From contig JAWWPF010000032.1 in assembly GCA_033850795.1 (NCBI GenBank), positions 1 to 53,929 on the forward strand: 53,929 nt of DNA. Reading direction: 5' to 3'. Positions 46,408 through 53,929 of this stretch are shown one piece after another. The translations under genes were made by a program, and so were the position numbers. Source of the stretch: Nocardioidaceae bacterium. GTDB lineage: Bacteria; Actinomycetota; Actinomycetes; Propionibacteriales; Nocardioidaceae. The notes under the pieces were generated by a model that had not been told where the DNA came from, made no database searches, and saw nothing but the letters and a program-made list of their open reading frames with translations. Every line of letters begins with the position of its first letter. The first letter of the stretch is position 1.

Positions 46408-47709
46408 ATGACCCGGACCACCGCCGACGCGCGGCAGGCCGATGTCATCGTCGTAGGCGCCGGCCCGGCCGGCGCGAGCGCCGCCTACCACCTGGCCGAG
46501 GCCGGGGTGGACGTGCTCCTGCTCGAGAAGAGCGCCTTCCCCCGCGACAAGGTCTGCGGCGACGGGCTCACCCCCCGCGCCGTGCGCCAGCTGATCGCGA
46601 TGGGCATCGACCTCGACGCCCCAGGCTGGCAGCGCAACCGCGGGCTCCGGATCGTCGGCGCCGGGCACCGGCTGGAGCTGCCCTGGCCGGAGCTGGCTGC
46701 CTTCCCGTCGTACGGCCTGGTCCGGACCCGCAGCGACCTCGACGAGATCCTGGCGCGTCACGCGGAGAAGGCCGGCGCCCGGCTGAGCGAGCGTACGGCG
46801 GTCACCGGTCCCGTCCTCGACGAGCGCAGCGGCCGCGTGATCGGCGTGAGGGCCCGCGCCGTGGACGACCGGGGCCGCCGGCTCGACGAGCCCGAGGAGA
46901 CCTACACGGCTCCGCTCGTCATCGCGTGCGACGGCGTCTCCGCACGCCTCGCGACCGCGCTCGGCCTCGAGCGCCGCGAGGACCGCCCGATGGGGGTCGC
47001 GGTGCGGGCCTACTACACGACACCGCGCCACGACGACGAGTGGATGGAGTCCTGGCTCGAGCTGTGGGACGGCGAGCCGGGCCGCAGCAACCTGCTCCCG
47101 GGCTACGGCTGGATCTTCGGGGTCGGTGACGGCACCGCGAACGTCGGGCTCGGGATCCTGAACACGTCGCGGGCCTTCCAGCACGTGGACTACAAGGACG
47201 TGCTGCGGCGCTGGCTCGACCACACCCCCGAGGAGTGGGGCTTCCGCGACGAGAACCGCGTCGGGCGCATCGGCTCGGCGGCCCTGCCCATGGGGTTCAA
47301 CCGCAAGCCGCACTACACCCGCGGCGTGCTGCTGTCCGGGGACTCCGGCGGCATGGTGAACCCCTTCAACGGCGAGGGGATCGACTACGCCCTGGAGTCC
47401 GGGCACCTCGCCGCCGAGACCGTCGTGCAGGCGCTCGCCCGACCGGAGGGTCCGGCGCGCGAGCGCGTCCTCGAGGGTTATGCTGCAGCGCTCGACGCGG
47501 CGTACGGCGGCTACTTCACGCTCGGCCGGGTCTTCGCGAGAATGATCGGCAACCCCACCTTCATGAAGCAGGCAACGCGTCACGGCCTGCCCCGCACGAC
47601 CTTGATGAAGTTCATGCTGAAGCTGATGGCGAACCTCACCGACCCGCGCGACGGAGACGTGGCCGACAAGGTGATCAACGCGCTCTCGCGCGTGGCACCC
47701 GCCGCCTAG
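46408..47709 (+). CDS. menJ: Geranylgeranyl reductase family, menaquinone side-chain reductase
   Basis: VGAGPAG, FPRDKVCGDG, ACDG, GYGWIF, GDSGGMVNPFNGEGI; follows menG. GAGG RBS before ATG 46408. Confidence 0.85.
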   Translation: MTRTTADARQADVIVVGAGPAGASAAYHLAEAGVDVLLLEKSAFPRDKVCGDGLTPRAVRQLIAMGIDLDAPGWQRNRGLRIVGAGHRLELPWPELAAFPSYGLVRTRSDLDEILARHAEKAGARLSERTAVTGPVLDERSGRVIGVRARAVDDRGRRLDEPEETYTAPLVIACDGVSARLATALGLERREDRPMGVAVRAYYTTPRHDDEWMESWLELWDGEPGRSNLLPGYGWIFGVGDGTANVGLGILNTSRAFQHVDYKDVLRRWLDHTPEEWGFRDENRVGRIGSAALPMGFNRKPHYTRGVLLSGDSGGMVNPFNGEGIDYALESGHLAAETVVQALARPEGPARERVLEGYAAALDAAYGGYFTLGRVFARMIGNPTFMKQATRHGLPRTTLMKFMLKLMANLTDPRDGDVADKVINALSRVAPAA

Positions 47710-47774
47710 CCGATCGCAGGACCAGACTTCGCACCACACCGGCACGACATCGACGGAGGACAGGAGGGAGAACG

Positions 47775-48134
47775 GTGGAGCTCTACACCCCCGTCCTCGC
47801 ACTGCTGCTCATCGCGGCAGGGTTCGCGATCTTCTCGGTCGCGATCAGCTCGCTGACCGGGCCGAAGCGCTTCAACCGGGCCAAGCTGGACTCCTACGAG
47901 TGCGGCATCGAGCCGACCCCGCAGGCCCTCGGCGGCGGCAGGTTCCCGGTGAAGTACTACATCACCGCGATGATGTTCATCGTCTTCGACATCGAGATCG
48001 TCTTCCTCTACCCGTGGGCCGTCTACTTCGACTCGCTGAAGTTCTTCGGGCTCGTCGAGATGGTGCTGTTCATCCTGACCGTCTTCGTGGCGTACGCGTA
48101 CGTCTGGAGGCGCGGGGGCCTCGAATGGGACTGA
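47775..48134 (+). CDS. nuoA: NADH-quinone oxidoreductase subunit A
   Basis: YECG, FIVFDIE, YPWA, GGLEWD. Confidence 0.97.
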   Translation: MELYTPVLALLLIAAGFAIFSVAISSLTGPKRFNRAKLDSYECGIEPTPQALGGGRFPVKYYITAMMFIVFDIEIVFLYPWAVYFDSLKFFGLVEMVLFILTVFVAYAYVWRRGGLEWD

Positions 48135-48182
48135 CCGTGAACGTGACCGTGACTGTGACCGGGGAAGCAAGGGGGGACTGAC

Positions 48183-48737
48183 ATGGGTCTCGAGGAGAAG
48201 CTTCCGAGCGGCGTCCTGCTGACGACCGTGGAGGGCGTCGCGGGCTACATGCGCAAGGCGTCGTTCTGGCCCGCCACCTTCGGCCTGGCCTGCTGCGCCA
48301 TCGAGATGATGACCTCCGGCGGACCCCGCTACGACCTGGCCCGCTTCGGCATGGAGGTCTTCCGCGCCTCGCCTCGGCAGGCCGACCTGATGATCGTCGC
48401 CGGCCGGGTGAGCCAGAAGATGGCCCCGGTGCTCCGGCAGATCTACGACCAGATGGCCGAGCCGAAGTACGTCCTCGCCATGGGTGTCTGCGCCAGCTCC
48501 GGCGGGATGTTCAACAACTACGCGATCCTCCAGGGCGTCGACCACGTCGTCCCGGTCGACATGTACCTCCCGGGCTGCCCGCCCCGCCCGGAGATGCTCA
48601 TCGACGCCATCCTCAAGCTCCACAAGCAGGTGCAGGCCACGAAGCTCGGCCCGCACCGCAAGGCGGAGATCGAGGAGCAGGAGACCGACGCGCTCAACGC
48701 CCTGCCGACCTCGCAGATGAAGGGCCTGCTGCGGTGA
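48183..48737 (+). CDS. nuoB: NADH-quinone oxidoreductase subunit B
   Basis: [22 protein letters not shown]. Confidence 0.98.
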   Translation: MGLEEKLPSGVLLTTVEGVAGYMRKASFWPATFGLACCAIEMMTSGGPRYDLARFGMEVFRASPRQADLMIVAGRVSQKMAPVLRQIYDQMAEPKYVLAMGVCASSGGMFNNYAILQGVDHVVPVDMYLPGCPPRPEMLIDAILKLHKQVQATKLGPHRKAEIEEQETDALNALPTSQMKGLLR

Positions 48738-49525
48738 GCGACGACACGGCGGACAAGAAGCCGGCGGACCTGAAACCGGGTGACTTCCCGGAGGTCACGC
48801 CTGGCACCGAGCCAGACGCGACGGACCGGGGGGACGAGAACCGACTGCCCGCCGACCCCGAGCAGCTCCAGCCCGAGGTCGTCGGCGTCCGGCACGGCAT
48901 GTTCGGCGTCCGTGGGACCGGCGACACCTCGGGGTATGGCGGCCTGGTGCGCCCCGTCGCGATGCCCGGAGGAACGGCACGCCCCTTCGGCGGCTGGTTC
49001 GACGAGGTGGCCGACGAGCTCGAGGCGGCCTGCCTGCAGGGCGGCCTGGCGACTGCCATCGAGAAGGTGGTGGTGCACCGCGGCGAGGTGACGTTCTTCA
49101 TCCGGCGCAGCGAGCTCCTCGCGGTGGTGCGGCTGCTGCGCGACGAGGCCAGGCTGCGGTTCGAGTTCTGCTCCGGGGTGTCCGGGGTGCACTACCCCGA
49201 CGACACCGGCCGCGAGCTGCACGCGGTCTACCACCTGCTGTCGATGACCCACAACCGGCGGATCAGGCTCGAGGTCACCTGCCCCGACGCCGACCCGCAC
49301 ATCCCCTCGGTGGTCGCGGTCTACCCGACCAACGACTGGCACGAGCGCGAGACCTACGACTTCTTCGGGATCATCTTCGACGGTCACCCCGCTCTGACGC
49401 GCATCGAGATGCCCGACGACTGGCCGGGACATCCACAGCGCAAGGACTATCCCCTCGGTGGGATCCCGGTGGAGTACAAGGGCGCCACCATCCCGCCGCC
49501 GGACACACGAAGGTCGTACAACTGA
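48734..49525 (+). CDS. nuoC: NADH-quinone oxidoreductase subunit C
   Basis: [28 protein letters not shown]. Confidence 0.97.
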   Translation: MSDDTADKKPADLKPGDFPEVTPGTEPDATDRGDENRLPADPEQLQPEVVGVRHGMFGVRGTGDTSGYGGLVRPVAMPGGTARPFGGWFDEVADELEAACLQGGLATAIEKVVVHRGEVTFFIRRSELLAVVRLLRDEARLRFEFCSGVSGVHYPDDTGRELHAVYHLLSMTHNRRIRLEVTCPDADPHIPSVVAVYPTNDWHERETYDFFGIIFDGHPALTRIEMPDDWPGHPQRKDYPLGGIPVEYKGATIPPPDTRRSYN

Positions 49526-50892
49526 TGACTGCCACCCACGACCCCGCCGCCCAGGACCCGTATGCCCAGGCCGCGGAGACGTCCTCGGGCCGGGTGTTCA
49601 CGGTCACCGGCCAGGACTGGGACTCCGTGGTGCAGGGCATCGCGGACGTCTCCGACGACGCCGGCGACGACCACGTCGTCGTCAACATGGGTCCCCAGCA
49701 CCCCTCGACGCACGGCGTGCTGCGGCTGATCCTCGAGCTCGAGGGCGAGACGGTCACCGAGGCCCGCTGCGGCATCGGCTACCTGCACACCGGCATCGAG
49801 AAGAACATGGAGTTCCGCTCGTGGGTGCAGGGCGTCACGTTCTGCACCCGCATGGACTACCTGTCCCCGTTCTACAACGAGGCCACCTACTCCATGGGCG
49901 TGGAACGGCTCCTCGACATCGAGGACGACGTGCCCGAGAAGGCCCAGGTCATGCGGGTCCTGCTGATGGAGCTGAACCGGATCTCCAGCCACCTGGTCTG
50001 CATCGCGACGGGCGGGATGGAGATCGGCGCCCTCACCGTGATGACGATCGGCTTCCGTGAGCGCGAGATGGTCCTCGACCTGTTCGAGCTGATCACCGGC
50101 CTGCGGATGAACCACGCCTTCATCCGCCCCGGCGGCGTCGCCCAGGACATGCCCCCCGGGGCGCTGGACCAGATCCGCGACTTCGTGGCCCTGATGAAGA
50201 AGCGGCTCCCCGAGTACGCCGCGCTGTGCAACGCGAACCCCATCTTCAAGGGCCGCCTTCAGGAGGTCGGCTACCTCGACCTCGCCGGCTGTCTGGCGCT
50301 CGGGATCAGTGGACCCGTGCTCCGCTCCACCGGGTACGCCTGGGACCTCCGCAAGACGCAGCCGTACAGCGGCTACCAGGACTACGAGTTCGACGTGCAG
50401 ACCTGGGACACCTGCGACGCCTACGGTCGCTTCCGCATCCGGCTCAACGAGATGTGGGAGTCCCTGAAGATCATCGAGCAGGCCGCCGACCGCCTGGCCG
50501 GGCTCGAGGGCGCTCCGGTGATGGTCGGGGACAAGAAGATCGCCTGGCCGAGCCAGCTGGCCGTGGGGACCGACGGCATGGGCAACAGCCTCGACCACAT
50601 CCGGCACATCATGGGCGAGTCGATGGAGGCCCTGATCCACCACTTCAAGCTGGTCACCGAGGGGTTCCGGGTGCCTCCGGGCCAGGCGTACGTGCCGATC
50701 GAGTCGCCGCGTGGCGAGCTGGGCGCCCACGTGGTCTCCGACGGCGGCACCCGGCCCTACCGGGTGCACTTCCGGGACCCGTCCTTCACGAACCTGCAGG
50801 CGACCTCGGTGATGAGCGAGGGCGGCATGGTCGCCGACGTGATCGTGGCCATCGCCTCGATCGACCCCGTGATGGGAGGGGTGGACCGTTGA
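49525..50892 (+). CDS. nuoD: NADH-quinone oxidoreductase subunit D
   Basis: [35 protein letters not shown]. Confidence 0.98.
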   Translation: MTATHDPAAQDPYAQAAETSSGRVFTVTGQDWDSVVQGIADVSDDAGDDHVVVNMGPQHPSTHGVLRLILELEGETVTEARCGIGYLHTGIEKNMEFRSWVQGVTFCTRMDYLSPFYNEATYSMGVERLLDIEDDVPEKAQVMRVLLMELNRISSHLVCIATGGMEIGALTVMTIGFREREMVLDLFELITGLRMNHAFIRPGGVAQDMPPGALDQIRDFVALMKKRLPEYAALCNANPIFKGRLQEVGYLDLAGCLALGISGPVLRSTGYAWDLRKTQPYSGYQDYEFDVQTWDTCDAYGRFRIRLNEMWESLKIIEQAADRLAGLEGAPVMVGDKKIAWPSQLAVGTDGMGNSLDHIRHIMGESMEALIHHFKLVTEGFRVPPGQAYVPIESPRGELGAHVVSDGGTRPYRVHFRDPSFTNLQATSVMSEGGMVADVIVAIASIDPVMGGVDR

Positions 50893-51689
50893 CCGAGCTG
50901 CAGGAGAGCCCGCTCGACGAGGAAGCCCTCGTTCAGCTGCGCGAGATCACCCGCCGCTACCCCGAGCCCCGCTCGGCCCTGCTCCCGATGCTGCACTTCG
51001 TGCAGAGCGTGGAGGGACGGGTCACCTCGCGTGGCATCGAGGCGTGTGCGGACATCCTCGGCATCACCGCGGCCGAGGTGTCCGGGGTCGCGACCTTCTA
51101 CACGATGTTCAAGCGGCGTCCGGTCGGCGACTACCACGTCGGCGTCTGCACCAACACGCTCTGCGCGGTGATGGGGGGCGACGTCATCTTCGAGCGGCTC
51201 AAGGACCACCTCGAGGTGGGCAACGACGAGACCACCGAGGACGGCAGGATCACCCTCGAGCACATCGAGTGCAACGCGGCCTGCGACTACGCCCCGGTGA
51301 TGACGGTGAACTGGGAGTTCATGGACAACCAGACGCCGGAGTCCGCGACCCGGCTCGTCGACGACCTCCGGGCCGGCGTCGAGGTCCGCTCCACGCGGGG
51401 TCCGCGGATCTGCACGTGGCGCGAGGCCGAGCGGGTGCTCGCCGGCTTCCCCGACGACCGGGCCGACGAGGGACCCGCCGCCGGGCCGGCGACGCTGCGG
51501 GGGCTGCGCCTCGCGAAGGAGCCGGGCTGGTCTGCGCCGGACACCGGGCGCTCAGGAGCGGCCGGCTCGCTCGCCGACACGATGGTAGGAGCCGCGGAGC
51601 AGTCGAACGCCAGCGACGACGCGTCCGCCATGCGCGTGCAGCAGTCGGGCTCAGGCACACACGGAGGCAAGGACGAGGTGGACGAGTGA
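50889..51689 (+). CDS. nuoE: NADH-quinone oxidoreductase subunit E
   Basis: [30 protein letters not shown]; TTG start overlaps the nuoD stop. Confidence 0.95.
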   Translation: MTELQESPLDEEALVQLREITRRYPEPRSALLPMLHFVQSVEGRVTSRGIEACADILGITAAEVSGVATFYTMFKRRPVGDYHVGVCTNTLCAVMGGDVIFERLKDHLEVGNDETTEDGRITLEHIECNAACDYAPVMTVNWEFMDNQTPESATRLVDDLRAGVEVRSTRGPRICTWREAERVLAGFPDDRADEGPAAGPATLRGLRLAKEPGWSAPDTGRSGAAGSLADTMVGAAEQSNASDDASAMRVQQSGSGTHGGKDEVDE

Positions 51690-53008
51690 GCGCGAACAGC
51701 ATCGACACGCTGACCCCGGTGCTCTCCGCGGCCTGGGACAGCGACCGGCCGTGGACGCTGCAGTCCTACGAGGCCGTCGACGGCTACTCGGCACTGGACA
51801 CCGCGTTCGCGATGTCGCAGGACGACGTGATCGCGCTGGTCAAGGACTCCGGGCTCCGCGGCCGCGGCGGCGCCGGCTTCCCCACCGGCATGAAGTGGGG
51901 GTTCATCCCGCAGGGCGACGGGAAGCCGCACTACCTGGTGGTGAACGCCGACGAGTCCGAGCCGGGGACCTGCAAGGACATCCCGTTGATGATGGCTACC
52001 CCGCACACCCTGGTCGAGGGGGTGATCCTGACCTGCTACGCCATCCGGGCGAACCATGCGTTCATCTACGTCCGAGGTGAGGTGCTGCACGTCGTACGAC
52101 GCCTGCAGCGGGCCGTGCAGGAGGCGTACCTCGCGGGTCACCTCGGCAAGGACATCCACGGCTCCGGGTTCGACCTCGACGTCACCGTGCACGCCGGCGC
52201 CGGGGCCTACATCTGCGGCGAGGAGACCGCGCTCCTCGACTCGCTCGAGGGCCGCCGTGGGCAGCCACGGCTGCGGCCTCCGTTCCCGGCCGTCGCCGGC
52301 CTGTACGCCGCGCCGACGGTGATCAACAACGCCGAGTCCATCGCATCCGTGCCGAGCATCCTGCGCAACGGCGCCGAGTGGTTCGGCTCGATGGGGACCG
52401 AGAAGAGCAAGGGCATGACGCTCTACTCGCTGTCCGGCCACGTGAAGCGTCCCGGGCAGTTCGAGGCACCGCTCGGCATCACCCTGCGCAAGCTGCTCGA
52501 GCTCGCCGGCGGGGTGCGCGAGGGCCACCAGCTGAAGTTCTGGACCCCCGGCGGGTCCTCGACGCCGATCCTGACCGCCGAGCACCTCGACGTGCCGCTC
52601 GACTACGAGGGCGTCGGCGCGGCCGGGTCCATGCTCGGCACCAAGGCCCTGCAGATCTTCGACGAGACGACCTGCATCGTCCGCGCGGTCCTGCGCTGGA
52701 CCGAGTTCTACAAGCACGAGTCCTGCGGCAAGTGCACCCCGTGCCGCGAGGGCACCTGGTGGCTGGTGCAGACCCTGGCGCGCCTGGAGCAGGGCCGTGG
52801 CGACGAGCGCGACCTCGAGATCCTGCTCGACCAGTGCGACAACATCCTCGGCCGGTCCTTCTGTGCCCTGGCCGATGGTGCCGTCTCCCCGATCACCTCG
52901 TCCCTGCAGTACTTCCGTCAGGAGTACGTCGACCACCTCGAGCAAGGCGGCTGCCCCTTCGACCCGGCCGCCGCCACGCTCTTCGCGCCCGTTGGAGCAC
53001 CTGCATGA
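51686..53008 (+). CDS. nuoF: NADH-quinone oxidoreductase subunit F
   Basis: [39 protein letters not shown]. Confidence 0.98.
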   Translation: MSANSIDTLTPVLSAAWDSDRPWTLQSYEAVDGYSALDTAFAMSQDDVIALVKDSGLRGRGGAGFPTGMKWGFIPQGDGKPHYLVVNADESEPGTCKDIPLMMATPHTLVEGVILTCYAIRANHAFIYVRGEVLHVVRRLQRAVQEAYLAGHLGKDIHGSGFDLDVTVHAGAGAYICGEETALLDSLEGRRGQPRLRPPFPAVAGLYAAPTVINNAESIASVPSILRNGAEWFGSMGTEKSKGMTLYSLSGHVKRPGQFEAPLGITLRKLLELAGGVREGHQLKFWTPGGSSTPILTAEHLDVPLDYEGVGAAGSMLGTKALQIFDETTCIVRAVLRWTEFYKHESCGKCTPCREGTWWLVQTLARLEQGRGDERDLEILLDQCDNILGRSFCALADGAVSPITSSLQYFRQEYVDHLEQGGCPFDPAAATLFAPVGAPA

Positions 53009-53929
53009 GCACGATGGTCCCGTCCGGCACCGCCGCCGCCGAGAACCTGGTCACGCTGACGATCGACGACGTCGAGGTCAGCGTGCCCAAGGGCACCCTG
53101 GTGATCCGGGCCGCGGAGCAGGTCGGCGTGCAGATCCCCCGGTTCTGCGACCACCCGCTGCTCGCCCCCGTCGGGGCCTGCCGGCAGTGCCTCGTCGAGG
53201 TCGCCCTGCCCGACAAGGACGGCAGCCCGAAGACGATGATGGGCCCGCCCGGACGGGTGAAGCCGCAGGCGTCGTGCACCCTCGTCGCGTCCGAGGGCAT
53301 GGTGGTCCGCACCCAGACGACCTCGGAGATCGCCGACAAGGCCCAGCAGGGCAACATGGAGTTCCTGCTCGTCAACCACCCCCTGGACTGCCCGGTCTGC
53401 GACAAGGGCGGCGAGTGCCCGCTTCAGAACCAGGCGATGTCGAACGGCCGTGGCGAGAGCCGGTTCACCGAGAGCAAGCGGACCTTCCCCAAGCCGATCA
53501 GCATCTCGGCGCAGGTGCTGCTCGACCGTGAGCGGTGCGTGCTCTGCGCGCGCTGCACCCGCTTCTCCGAGCAGATCGCCGGTGACCCCTTCATCGCGCT
53601 CGTGGAGCGCGGTGCGCTGCAGCAGGTGGGGATCTACGAGCGCGAGCCGTTCGAGTCCTACTTCTCCGGGAACACCATCCAGATCTGCCCGGTCGGGGCG
53701 CTGACCTCCGCGTCGTACCGCTTCCGCTCGAGGCCGTTCGATCTCATCTCGACCGACTCCGTCTGCGAGCACTGCGCGTCCGGGTGTGCGTTGCGCACCG
53801 ACCACCGTCGCGGCAAGGTCACCCGCCGGCTGGCGGGCAACGACCCCGAGGTCAACGAGGAGTGGATCACCGACAAGGACCGCTTCGCGTTCGGCTGGTC
53901 GAGCCAGCCGGACCGGCTGTCCTACCCCC
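53005..53929 (+). CDS. nuoG: NADH-quinone oxidoreductase subunit G (truncated by window end)
   Basis: Not in the ORF track; [43 protein letters not shown]. Confidence 0.97.
   Translation, partial: MSTMVPSGTAAAENLVTLTIDDVEVSVPKGTLVIRAAEQVGVQIPRFCDHPLLAPVGACRQCLVEVALPDKDGSPKTMMGPPGRVKPQASCTLVASEGMVVRTQTTSEIADKAQQGNMEFLLVNHPLDCPVCDKGGECPLQNQAMSNGRGESRFTESKRTFPKPISISAQVLLDRERCVLCARCTRFSEQIAGDPFIALVERGALQQVGIYEREPFESYFSGNTIQICPVGALTSASYRFRSRPFDLISTDSVCEHCASGCALRTDHRRGKVTRRLAGNDPEVNEEWITDKDRFAFGWSSQPDRLSYP

Overview
High-GC actinobacterial chromosomal segment. Gene order and repeat style suggest Nocardioidaceae (Nocardioides/Marmoricola-like); this is an inference. It is mostly conserved core genome, syntenic with M. 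tuberculosis Rv0495c-Rv0561c and the Streptomyces rex-bldN-bdtA region. In order: radA (5' end), a LacI regulator, a methyltransferase, a VOC protein, EF-G2, an Rv0495c-like Cys-rich protein, ppx, a TetR plus ABC exporter, proline dehydrogenase-proC-acuC, bdtA-like HTH, bS22, a bldN/rsbN-like sigma/anti-sigma pair, then a respiratory supercluster: rex-hemACDBL, system II cytochrome c maturation, cds1, menAECDFGJ and nuoA-G (truncated). I found no rRNA, tRNA, CRISPR, IS or prophage, and no clearly new system. The best leads are: (i) a BldN-RsbN module with a pro-sequence and a BldN-type promoter before rsbN; (ii) two enzymes missing a catalytic Lys (acyl-CoA ligase A10 K>Q, proline dehydrogenase K>T); (iii) an AraC-DinB fusion with an internal SD+ATG; (iv) a CPA1 antiporter fused to a UBP zinc finger; (v) Rex boxes before rex-hem and menJ-nuo; (vi) a men cluster lacking menB/H/I but containing an MBL hydrolase; (vii) many apparent leaderless promoters and several intergenic repeat families. 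All calls come from reading motifs by eye; no searches were run.
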